DNA from: Tubulanus polymorphus
Taxonomy: Eukaryota > Animalia > Nemertea
Direction of reading: 5' to 3'
Length of the DNA stretch: 64,000 nucleotides
Assembly (NCBI RefSeq): GCF_964204645.1
Contig: NC_134033.1
Location: 4,178,231 to 4,242,230, forward strand
The notes under the pieces were generated by a model. That model searched no databases. It was not told where the DNA came from and was given only the letters and a program-made list of their open reading frames with translations. Positions within the stretch are counted from its first letter, which is position 1, and each line of letters starts with the position of its first letter. This document shows, piece after piece, positions 1 through 9,532 of this stretch. Position numbers and translations under genes: made by a program.

Positions 1-58
1 AAATATACACGATCGCTTGGCAGCGAGAGGTGCAGGATACACCACTGTTCTCCACCAA

Positions 59-623
59 TGTTGTGGGGTTGCTTTCGGTTCTCCAACAATGTTGTGGAGT
101 TGAGTTTCTCAACCAATTGTTGTGGGGGCCACGTTGCGTTCTCCCCTCGTGTTGTCGTTGTTGGTTCCGATTAATCCGATAAGTGATATCCCTCTGACTC
201 CGGAATAATAACAACTCTTCTCGTGGGTCTACGTTCTTTCTTTATTTTCCCGCTCAATTCTTATTCCTTCCTACAGCTCGTATTTTTAGGCTTCTCCGCC
301 ACTCTAGCATCTCTCTCCCCCTTACTGTGCTGACCCTCCCTTTTTATCTTATTTCATGTTATTCGTGACGTATACTTCTACATATGTTATACCGTCACGA
401 GTTAATTATACTTGTTTACTTCCTAGCCATACCAGAGCTCAAGGCTGCCGCTATAACCAGCAACCCTACGCAGATAGTCACGTCACTTTCACCTATCTTC
501 TATTCAGTGTCTTGTGTGCGACGTAAGCATCTACGTAGGTTGTTTACTAACTTCAGCCACTGCCCTGAACTCTGGCTTCCCTCCCTCTATGCAAACTACT
601 AATTTATCACCCCAATAGAAACA
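59..623 (-). mobile_element. Probable 5' LTR of an LTR (Gypsy-like) retrotransposon inserted into the Polinton-like element
   Basis: On the minus strand it starts TGTTTC at 623 and ends ...CCCCACAACA at 59. After 1 nt comes TGGTGGAGAA (48-57), matching the 3' end of tRNA-Ala (PBS). Minus-strand AATAAA at 241-246 and an ATAAAAAGGG/purine-rich segment near 310-350. The HNH reading frame begins abruptly at 624. Confidence 0.6.
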
Positions 624-971
624 CATTCAGAAACACTATCTAATTTGTTGGGTTGTTCGGATGAATTCTTCAAATCATGGATAATATATCAATTCGATGA
701 TAAAATGAATATAGATAATTATGGTGAATACTTTCATATTGATCACGTGTTGCCGATTTCTAAATTTGATATGAGTGATGATTATAATAAGAAGCTAATC
801 TGGAACTGGAGAAATTTAAGGCCTTTAGAAAAGAAGGAAAACATTATTAAATCCAATAAACTAGATTTACAGTTATATTTAGATCAACTGGATAAAGCAA
901 AGACATTTGTTGAATTATGGAATAGTATTTCACAGAATCAACCGCATTCTGAGGTTTTGATCAGTGGTTAG
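624..971 (+). pseudogene. HNH endonuclease of the type common in NCLDVs and Polinton-like viruses, 5'-truncated by the LTR
   Basis: LLGCSDEFFKSWIIYQF...NYGEYFHIDHVLP...NWRNLRPL...ENIIKSNK. The frame is open back to 624 (HSETLSNLLGC) with no ATG before the LTR junction. Confidence 0.75.
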
Positions 972-1319
972 AAAGCTGGCAATTCTATTTGAGCTTTGTA
1001 TGTATATAATACATAGCTTTTGCTTACTACTAAAACATATGTTGCCAAATATATCTTGTTTTCAATTCTAAAGAATTAATTAACTTCATCATAAAGAACA
1101 TCTGTGCAGAAGTAATTAGTTTGGTCGAACGTGCGCCACGTTAGCAGTTAGAAATCAACTTTCACATACATGGTACGTATTGGATATTCTCTCTCAAAAC
1201 ACAGTTTACAGTTCTAAATCTAAATGTAAGTACCGTTTTTTGTAGTTATTATGAAGTAGGGAAACCTTTAAACATATTTAAGTATAGTAATTCATTTTCA
1301 CGATATCTTTTAGATTAAA

Positions 1320-2048
1320 ATGGAACACAAAGATCAACCAGAAATTCTAAGCCAACCAACGGATGAGGAACGATTGCTACTGGATAGTGAAACTCAGGAA
1401 TCAATAGAAATGGAGGATGAAACTCTCATAATTGACGAACAAACTTCACAAAAATTACAAGAACATTTGGACTATCATCAAGAAATGGTGAAAATTCTGA
1501 GTGATGTAATACATAATAAACAATTACCGCGCGAACTACAATTACCAAAATTACCAGCAACGCGACTTAAATTGCTGTTGGGACTCAAAGAATCGAAAAC
1601 TAAGAAAATGAGTGGAGAAGAGTTGAACGAGTTTTTAAAATCTAAATTAATCATTGACACAGGACATTTAAACTTTCCGGAAATACAAAGTGTAGAAGTT
1701 ATTTCATTTGCTGAAATTACTGATATCTTAAAAAAAAGTTATAAAACCATATTAAATAGAAAAGCAAATCACCTATGGGACCACATCATTTTCGGGGGTT
1801 ATCTAAATATAGGGTTTTCAATGTTTGATAAAGAAACTGAGGGGATTTCTTGGGGACTGTGGGTTAAAAAGAACATAGATATCAGTGCTGGTTTTGAAAG
1901 AAAACTGAGAAGAGTAGGTAGATTAATGAAATATGAAAAATTCAAAATATTAGGATTAGCATTTAGTGAAGTAGTAAGACATTTACCAGAAATTGAAGAA
2001 ATGATTGGAAACAATCCAGTAATTAAAGAATTATGGACAAAATTATAA
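1320..2048 (+). CDS. Hypothetical viral accessory protein (acidic N-terminus; C-terminal helical domain resembling DUF3102-type HTH)
   Basis: 242-aa ORF with the pattern IFGGYL...SWGLWVKKNIDISAGFERKLRRVGRL. Candidate 5'-UTR intron at 1226-1313 (GTAAGT...CTTTTAG). Confidence 0.6.
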   Translation: MEHKDQPEILSQPTDEERLLLDSETQESIEMEDETLIIDEQTSQKLQEHLDYHQEMVKILSDVIHNKQLPRELQLPKLPATRLKLLLGLKESKTKKMSGEELNEFLKSKLIIDTGHLNFPEIQSVEVISFAEITDILKKSYKTILNRKANHLWDHIIFGGYLNIGFSMFDKETEGISWGLWVKKNIDISAGFERKLRRVGRLMKYEKFKILGLAFSEVVRHLPEIEEMIGNNPVIKELWTKL

Positions 2049-2116
2049 ATTATAATACTGAAGGTCTTAGATATCAAAAATGTAATCTCGATTGTATATA
2101 TCTGTTTTAATATTGT

Positions 2117-2469
2117 ATTGTTTACTGTTAACTGTGTATTGCGTAATAACCGGTCCGATTGAACCGCTTTTCTATTGTTCTCCATTGTTCTACTATTGAT
2201 CGTTGTTAATGGCGGCGGTTGTTCTGTATTGATTGTTTACTGTTAACTAAGTGTTGCGCAATAACCGGTCCGATTGGACCGCATTTCTATTGTTCTCCAT
2301 TGTTCTACTATTGATCGTTGTTGACTGAAACAGCTGCTCAATATTGATTGGTTACATTTCTATGTTTGAATGTTGTAGTTTACAGAATAAAAATATAACT
2401 GTGTATTGCGCAATAACCGGTCCGATTGGACCGCATTTCTATTGTTCTCCATTGTTCTATTATCGATCG
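2117..2469. repeat. Three ~75-90 bp direct repeats with palindromic cores
   Basis: Copies at ~2117-2207, 2232-2322 and 2396-2469. Each carries TTGCG(C/T)AAT and CGGTCC-GATT-G(G/A)ACCG. Confidence 0.9.
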
Positions 2470-2855
2470 CTAAAATTTACATAATAAATATATGTGTTTA
2501 TGAAATAGTAATTCCACCAGTCGTTTCTTTGAATTTATTTTCAGTTGAGGATTTGATATCGAGGATCCAAAATGACTTATCTGGACAGTTATAATTACTG
2601 CTCCTATAGATAGACAATAGTAGTGAGATAATCTAAATCCTAATTTAAATAAAATATAATAAAAATTACATACCTTCAACTATCTATTATTTCTATTATA
2701 TTTTTGATATTTTCTTTTCAAAAGAGAATACTTTATATCACAAATAAAAAATACTTAAAAAACAATAACTAATACTAGAATTCTTTAACTTTAACTATCT
2801 AGTATCATTTGAAGAATACTTATAATACTATTCTTATTAAATTTCTCTAATATAA

Positions 2856-3461
2856 ATGTCTAAGAAATCGAATAAGAATAATATTAAAGTTGAAAAAACT
2901 TTGGAAGATTTAGGTCTAACAGATGATAATGATAATGTGGCAACTAAATGTGATAATAAAATTGATAGTAATATTGATTACGAGTACTATTTATATTGTA
3001 AACATCATCTAGAACTATTGATTGCTGGCGGGAAATCTAAGGACTTCTTAGGAAAAATAATAACTTTTCAAGAACTAGACTCTATGAAACCCGATAAAGT
3101 AATAAAATATTTTAAGATTTATGAAGAGTCAAGATTAGCTAGAATAAACGACTCTATAAGTGATGGTATTGTCAAATGTTATTCAAAATTATGTAACCAG
3201 TTAATACCAATTGATGATGAAAATAAATTATATAATGATTTGAAAAATGACTATTTAGTTATGACTGAATTACAAAAATGGGTTGGATACGCTTCATTTC
3301 AATTAGGATCGGTTATGACGTTGATTTCTACTGGAGTTATAACATTTTCGAACATCAAACCTATGGAATATAAATCAGGTAAGAACGAAACAGATGTACT
3401 ACAACAAAACATCGAAACAGAAAATGAATCAGAACAAAAATTAACTAAAATAAATGAGTGA
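2856..3461 (+). CDS. Conserved Polinton-type hypothetical protein with hydrophobic C-terminal segment
   Basis: 201-aa ORF with TAAATG start. GKSKDFLGK...YFKIYE...LYNDLKND...GSVMTLISTGVIT pattern recalled from related invertebrate elements. Confidence 0.7.
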   Translation: MSKKSNKNNIKVEKTLEDLGLTDDNDNVATKCDNKIDSNIDYEYYLYCKHHLELLIAGGKSKDFLGKIITFQELDSMKPDKVIKYFKIYEESRLARINDSISDGIVKCYSKLCNQLIPIDDENKLYNDLKNDYLVMTELQKWVGYASFQLGSVMTLISTGVITFSNIKPMEYKSGKNETDVLQQNIETENESEQKLTKINE

Positions 3462-3801
3462 TGGCGTTAAGAAAAAGGTTAGATCCGAGAAACAAATTAT
3501 ATGGGCAAGAGAATTAGGTAAAAGATCTTCAGAATTAAAAAAAGCTAAGAAAAAGAAATTAACCGATATAAATGAATCACCTGGTATTGATTCAAATAAT
3601 AATCCATCTAATTCTTCTAATAGTGGAAGAAATAATTACTTATATATTACAATTGGGTTAATCACAATTATTATATTATCCGGTGTAATATATAAATCAA
3701 AATTCAAATCCGATGATAAAGATGATTCTAATGATAATAAACCCATCATACCAGAAAATAAATCAAATGAAAATAAATCTAAAATATTATTAATGGATTA
3801 A
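3454..3801 (+). CDS. Small single-pass membrane protein with basic N-terminus
   Basis: 115 aa with TM segment YLYITIGLITIIILSGVIY. TAAATG start overlaps the upstream ORF. Confidence 0.7.
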   Translation: MSDGVKKKVRSEKQIIWARELGKRSSELKKAKKKKLTDINESPGIDSNNNPSNSSNSGRNNYLYITIGLITIIILSGVIYKSKFKSDDKDDSNDNKPIIPENKSNENKSKILLMD

Positions 3802-3804
3802 AAT

Positions 3805-4893
3805 ATGATGAAAAAAGAACAATATTTAAGAGAGTTATATTATAACCCAGAAAGTGAAGTATCATATTCTAACGTTTCAGAATTATGGAATAAAATTAAA
3901 TCTGATAATAGCAATATAAAATATAGTGAATTAAAATCATGGTTACAAAATCAACCCACATATCAAATTCATAAAAAGATGGATAAAAAATATTTAACAA
4001 GAAAAGTAATGGTTTCATATATTGATCAACAATGGCAAGCTGATTTAATTGACATGAAAAACTTAGAAGAATATAACAAAGGATATTTCTGGATACTAAA
4101 TGTTATAGATATATTCAGTAGATACGCATGGAGTATCCCGATTAAAAATAAAACTGGTATAGAAGTGACAAATGCTTTTAAATCTATATTTAAAGAAGCT
4201 ATTCCAGATAAGATACAATTTGATGAAGGTAAGGAATTCTATAACAAACATTTCAAAAAACTATTATCTGATAACGATGTAGAATATTTTTCAACACATT
4301 CAGATAAAAAAGCATCTGTTATAGAAAGATTTAATAAAACATTGAAAACTAGAATGTGGAAATATTTCACCGCTAATGAAACATATAAATATATCGATGT
4401 GTTAGATGATTTAGTGAAAGGTTATAATAATTCTAAACATGGTTCTATAAATATGAAACCTATACAAGCTAGAAAAGAAGAAAATTCAGAAATAGTTTGG
4501 AATAATTTATATGGAGCATTTGTTACACATGATTTTGGAGAACCTAAATTTAAAATAGGACAACATGTTAGAATTTCTAAATATCGAAAAACATTTTATA
4601 AAGGTTATACCCCTAATTTTACTGAAGAAATATTTAAAATTAAAAAGATAATATTAACTAAACCATTTGTTTATAAATTGTTTGATTTAAAAGATGAAGA
4701 AATATTAGGTTATTCTTATGAACAAGAATTATCATTAGTACCAAATCCAGATGAAATAGAATACAAAATAGAAAAAGTATTGAAAACAAAAACTCTTAAA
4801 GGAAAAAAGTATTCTTTGGTGAAATATAAAGGATACGATGATAAATTTAATGAATGGATTTTATCTAGTAAAATTAAAAGAATAAATGAATAA
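3805..4893 (+). CDS. int: Retroviral-like (rve) integrase with C-terminal chromodomain
   Basis: DDE motifs WQADLIDM, IQFDEGKEF and KASVIERFNKTLK. Chromodomain YKIEKVLK...LVKYKGYDDKFNEWI. ORF intact. Confidence 0.95.
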   Translation: MMKKEQYLRELYYNPESEVSYSNVSELWNKIKSDNSNIKYSELKSWLQNQPTYQIHKKMDKKYLTRKVMVSYIDQQWQADLIDMKNLEEYNKGYFWILNVIDIFSRYAWSIPIKNKTGIEVTNAFKSIFKEAIPDKIQFDEGKEFYNKHFKKLLSDNDVEYFSTHSDKKASVIERFNKTLKTRMWKYFTANETYKYIDVLDDLVKGYNNSKHGSINMKPIQARKEENSEIVWNNLYGAFVTHDFGEPKFKIGQHVRISKYRKTFYKGYTPNFTEEIFKIKKIILTKPFVYKLFDLKDEEILGYSYEQELSLVPNPDEIEYKIEKVLKTKTLKGKKYSLVKYKGYDDKFNEWILSSKIKRINE

Positions 4894-5497
4894 AGATTTA
4901 TTTATATTTGAACCGCATAATATGTTAGTTACTGGAGTTACGAATTGTGGTAAAACACATTTCATATTAGACTTGTTAGAAACTATTTATAAAAATCATT
5001 TTGATAATATAATATTATTCTGCCCAACTTATGAAATGAATGAAACGTATAATAGAGATATAGTTAAGATAAAAAAGTTTATTATATTAGACCCCAAAAC
5101 AGTAAAAGAAAATTTAGATAATTGTATAAAAATTGCATTAGATATTTATAAAGGATCTAATACATTATTTATTATCGATGATTGCGCAAATTTACATGAT
5201 TCTAAAATTAGAGAAAGCGAGTTATGTTATTTAGCTTTCTCTGGTAGACATTTTGGGATAACAACATGGGTTTTAAATCAAAAATATAATTCAATTGTTA
5301 AAGATTTTAGAGAGAATATAAGATTTCTAGTTTTATTTTATAACAAAGATAGAAAATCTATGCAACAATCATTGGAAGAAAATCAAATTATACCTACTGA
5401 ATTACATGATGAATATATGAATAAATTAAAGAATAATAAAGGTTCAAAATTATTACTGAGATTACAATTTCCATATGAATATAAATTTATAAAATAA
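4886..5497 (+). CDS. A32/FtsK-HerA family DNA packaging ATPase
   Basis: Walker A GVTNCGKT, Walker B LFIIDD, arginine finger SGRH and conserved Q (LNQ). ORF intact. Confidence 0.93.
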   Translation: MNKDLFIFEPHNMLVTGVTNCGKTHFILDLLETIYKNHFDNIILFCPTYEMNETYNRDIVKIKKFIILDPKTVKENLDNCIKIALDIYKGSNTLFIIDDCANLHDSKIRESELCYLAFSGRHFGITTWVLNQKYNSIVKDFRENIRFLVLFYNKDRKSMQQSLEENQIIPTELHDEYMNKLKNNKGSKLLLRLQFPYEYKFIK

Positions 5498-5520
5498 CTA
5501 TTTGTATACCTATGTATTAG

Positions 5521-5606
5521 ATACCCTAATACCTAATACCCTAATACCTGATACCCTAATACCTGATACCCTAATACCCCAATACCTGATACCCTATTAG
5601 ATACCT
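5521..5606. repeat. Short tandem repeat (ATACCCTA/ATACCTG units) between convergent genes
   Basis: ataccctaatacctaataccctaatacctgataccctaatacctgataccctaatacccc... Confidence 0.85.
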
Positions 5607-5664
5607 TAAATAATTAAAAACCCCTTTTTTATTTACTATTATTTTATACAATTTTCAACCTTTA

Positions 5665-6612
5665 TTATTCGAGTTTTATATAATCAATTTCTGAATCACT
5701 TTCACTATCAGACGCTAACATCATATTTAAATGCTCTACCGAATCTACATCAACATCTTTATAATTTTTTTTCACCTTTTTCACCTTTTTTACCACACCA
5801 CCAATAGTTGTTTCATTGTTGCGCTTCCTTATCCTTTCTATCATATCATCAAAAGTTTCTTCTTTATGTTTCATAGAATCTTTAATATCATTATGTTTAA
5901 CTGTAACTATATCATCATGTGGGCGTATGGCACCATTTTCATTATCATCTTTATTAGTGTTTGCTCCTAATATTTCATTTACAGTGTTTGATCCTAATAT
6001 TTCATTAGCATCGGTTAAATCTAATTCATCTTTATTAGGTGTTGCTAATAATAAATCTTCATATATTTTTTCACCATTTACTTTTTTATTTGAAACAAAT
6101 TTTGTAACATATCTAAATGGGTGTTCTATAAATTCTCTTAAACCAACACGTTCTATAACATTAGTAATATGTGAATTTGTATTTATATGTTTATTCCAAT
6201 TTGATGGAGCGTTTGAAAATTCACCTTTACAATAATCACAATAATTTCTATTTTTACTAACATTTAATATTATTGCCTTATTATATGTAGAAGGTATTAT
6301 ATTATTTGATGTAGAGGGTATTACAGATGTAGAAGGTATTATGTTATTAGATGTAGAAGGTATCACATTATTAGATGTAGAAGGTATCACATTATTAGAT
6401 GTAGAAGGTATTACATTATTATCAATTACATTACTTAAATTATCAACAACACCACTTTTATTATTATCGATTTCTATCAGTTTAGTTTTATAATTTTTAA
6501 AAATAGGATCAAATATCAAAGCTATATTACAAGGTATTACATAATATAAACCATCATTATTTTCATGTGTATCGATGTATGGAATATGTTTATATACTTT
6601 ACCTCCTTCCAT
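5665..6612 (-). CDS. Hypothetical protein with VIPSTSNN tandem repeats and a C2H2-type zinc finger
   Basis: 315 aa with ~6 copies of an 8-aa (24-bp) repeat at ~6285-6420, and CDYC...NKHINTNSH. TAAATG start. Confidence 0.75.
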   Translation of the reverse strand: MEGGKVYKHIPYIDTHENNDGLYYVIPCNIALIFDPIFKNYKTKLIEIDNNKSGVVDNLSNVIDNNVIPSTSNNVIPSTSNNVIPSTSNNIIPSTSVIPSTSNNIIPSTYNKAIILNVSKNRNYCDYCKGEFSNAPSNWNKHINTNSHITNVIERVGLREFIEHPFRYVTKFVSNKKVNGEKIYEDLLLATPNKDELDLTDANEILGSNTVNEILGANTNKDDNENGAIRPHDDIVTVKHNDIKDSMKHKEETFDDMIERIRKRNNETTIGGVVKKVKKVKKNYKDVDVDSVEHLNMMLASDSESDSEIDYIKLE

Positions 6613-6644
6613 TTATTATATATATTTTTATTAAAGTTAAAATT

Positions 6645-7887
6645 TTAATACATAACACTATCTAATTGTGAATTTACAATATTTAATTGCGCATCAGATA
6701 ATATATAAATATGCATTTTAAAATTTTTGATTCCTTTTTTCTTTGTCATGAATAATTGTATTCCATCTTTTGTATTTTGTAGTTTTTTTCCAGAACCATG
6801 TAATGAATTATCCTCTGTTGTTCTAAAATCTAACCATAATGCATATTTATTGCCGGTATAATAATCAATTTGATTAATATTACAATTTTCAAATGATTTT
6901 ACTTTTTCATTCATAAAATGTTTTTAAATTTCTACCCATTGATCTATCATTCTCATTCCTTGACAAAATATTTTATTTGCTATTCCTTCGATAGTTATTT
7001 CTACTTTTGTTATTTCAGGATTATAATAATTATCAACATTTATTGCGCCATTAGTATACGTTCCAATGGTAAAAAATATTAATATACCTTTAATAGATCT
7101 TCTAGGGAAGTTAATATTCTCATTTATTATTTCATCATTTGCATTAATAGTTACAGTTTTAAATTTATCAATATAATCATATAATAATGAAAATCCTTGA
7201 TTGTATTTAGTTTGAATTATACTTGAAATATTTTCATCAGTTACTGTATCATATTCTAAACATATATTCGATAATTTATAACTCATATCTTTAACAACGC
7301 TAGATATTACAATTTCATTTACAGGAGCAAATGTTATTTCGAATATAATATCTTCTTGAATTGCGTATTTATATAAAGGTGCATTATTATTTATCAATTC
7401 AAAGTCTAATGGAATTTTATATTTGCTTCCATATATACTTTTTATCAATTTATCTACATCATTTGTTAATATTGCGCTATTAGCTTCTGATCTTAATTTA
7501 TTTTGGTTTTCTGATTGGATGCCTTGAAATATCATATTATTTCTATTTTCTTAACCATAAATCTTTATAGTGCATAAATAAATTATAATCATCTAATGAG
7601 AAAACTGTTTCTGGACCAATCTTTATTGTTAACTTTTTAATCAAATATCTTCCAACATTATCAACAACATAATTATTATTATTACCGATTACTTTTATAT
7701 CAGCTGATAAATAAATACTATTTGGAACATAAAAAGTATTTTGTGTTAATCTCGGAATTCTAACATATAAAGTTTCATCGGGATTAATATTTGAAGGGTT
7801 ATGAATAATTATATGATGTGATCTTTCTGCTTTAATAGCATTAGATATTCTATGATTCTTAGAAGGATTGATATAACTCCCACTCAT
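6645..7887 (-). pseudogene. Major capsid protein (double jelly-roll), disrupted
   Basis: Three ORFs join into one MCP (NPSNINPDETLYVRIP...YKDLW; FQGIQS...IPLDFEL...ISLEYD-like NICLEYD...YNPEITKVEITIEG; KYALWLDFRTTEDNSLHGSG...DAQLNI). Frameshift near 7545-7550 and in-frame TAA at 6924-6926 (WVEI*KHF). Confidence 0.85.
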
Positions 7888-7941
7888 TTATTTAACAAAA
7901 AAATTAATTATTTATTTTTTGATATTTTTTGATATCATGGT

Positions 7942-9516
7942 TTACTTGATATTTTTTGATATCATATTCACTAACCCAAAAATAATTGCACTTACAACTG
8001 TAATTAAAAATAAAATAATATGTTCAGCAGCAAAGTTAATAATGTTTCCTGCAGATTTCAATATAAAACCAACAATTGAAGCAATAACTCCTGGTAATGC
8101 TGCAGCAGATTTTTTAGATAGTTCCCATAAATATTTTGCTAATTTCTTTAAACCATCTTTAACTTTATCTTGTATAGAATTATTACTTGGAGGTTTATCT
8201 GGTTTATTAGGAGTGGGAGTAGGAGTAGATTTTAAAGCATTTGATATAGCTAAACCTATTGTTGTAAATAACATAGTAACAGCTGTTAGAATTGAAAGAA
8301 TTGTTATTCCTTCTAATTTAAATAACAATTTTATTCTATCTTTTAATGATATTTCAGAATTTGGTTTAATCAACAAATCTTTAAAAATAACTTTTAATCT
8401 ATTTATATTATAATCATATGATTTTAATAATAATTTAATTTCTTCTTTTTGTAATTCTATGTTATATTCTAAATCATCAATTTCTTTTTCTAAATATGCA
8501 TTTCTTTTTTTAAATTCAATTTCTTCAATAACTTTATTATCTCTATCTAATTTTAGTTGTTCTATTTCTTTATTTTTATCAGTTCTATCTTTTTCTAAAA
8601 ATCTAATTTTAATATCTCTTATACTTTTATCATGTGTAATTTTATCAGATGCAAGTCTTATACTAATAATTTCTTTAATTGCTTTATCAGAAAATATATC
8701 TAAATCTTCTAATTCTTGATCTGTTGCATCAAGTAACCCATTCGGTAAAAGTTTTTCAATTGGAACTTTATTTGATTTAAGTTTACTAGTTTTGGAAGTT
8801 TTATTCCGTAAGTTATCAAAACGTTTTTCTAATTGTGATTGACTTAAATCATTATCAATTTGTTGAGTGTCTCTTCTCGATGTTTCGGGTGTTGAAGATC
8901 TTAATTTATCTCTATTCTCTTCCATTTCTGTTTCTAAATTATTATCAATTGTTTCAAATAATTCATTGATTCTTTGTTTAAATACTCTTTCATTTTTAAT
9001 AATTTCTTCTTGTGTTACATCTTCTATTTCATTACTATTTCTTATTCTTTTAATTCTAGATAGTAATGAGTCAGACTTAAGCAAAGTTGATTCTGCTAAT
9101 ATTTTGTTTTGTTTTTTATAAGAGATATCAATATAATAATCATCTTTCAAACGATAATAATATTCACCATCTAAAAACTTTAATTCTTTTACTAAAAGTC
9201 TGGCACCTCTATCATTTATATTATATCCAGAATTTTCAAATACATGTTTGAAATTATAAATATATTCATTATATTCTAAATTTTGTTTTACTAAATCTGG
9301 ATTTTCATTTTCAGTAGGTATTCTCGATCTAGTTCTTCTATCAAATTCATCTGTTGATTGACCTTTAGAACCACTATCTGCTAAATTAGAATTATATGCT
9401 GATTCATCATCATTATCAATTTTAGCACCTGCATCATTATAATCATCATCAATATATCCTTCATTATCATTTCCCATGTCATCCAATGGAATATTTTCTA
9501 CACCTTCTACATCCAT
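7942..9516 (-). CDS. Coiled-coil protein with C-terminal hydrophobic/amphipathic helices (putative membrane-active virion protein)
   Basis: 524 aa with an acidic N-terminus and long heptad region. Hydrophobic segments GITILSILTAVTMLFTTIGLAI, ALPGVIASIVGFIL and IILFLITVVSAIIFGLV. Confidence 0.75.
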   Translation of the reverse strand: MDVEGVENIPLDDMGNDNEGYIDDDYNDAGAKIDNDDESAYNSNLADSGSKGQSTDEFDRRTRSRIPTENENPDLVKQNLEYNEYIYNFKHVFENSGYNINDRGARLLVKELKFLDGEYYYRLKDDYYIDISYKKQNKILAESTLLKSDSLLSRIKRIRNSNEIEDVTQEEIIKNERVFKQRINELFETIDNNLETEMEENRDKLRSSTPETSRRDTQQIDNDLSQSQLEKRFDNLRNKTSKTSKLKSNKVPIEKLLPNGLLDATDQELEDLDIFSDKAIKEIISIRLASDKITHDKSIRDIKIRFLEKDRTDKNKEIEQLKLDRDNKVIEEIEFKKRNAYLEKEIDDLEYNIELQKEEIKLLLKSYDYNINRLKVIFKDLLIKPNSEISLKDRIKLLFKLEGITILSILTAVTMLFTTIGLAISNALKSTPTPTPNKPDKPPSNNSIQDKVKDGLKKLAKYLWELSKKSAAALPGVIASIVGFILKSAGNIINFAAEHIILFLITVVSAIIFGLVNMISKNIK

Positions 9517-9532
9517 TTACATAATAAAAAAA

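Noticed and set aside
2117-2469. CRISPR-like repeat-spacer arrangement
   Set aside because: Only three long (75-90 bp) repeats with unequal spacers and no cas genes.
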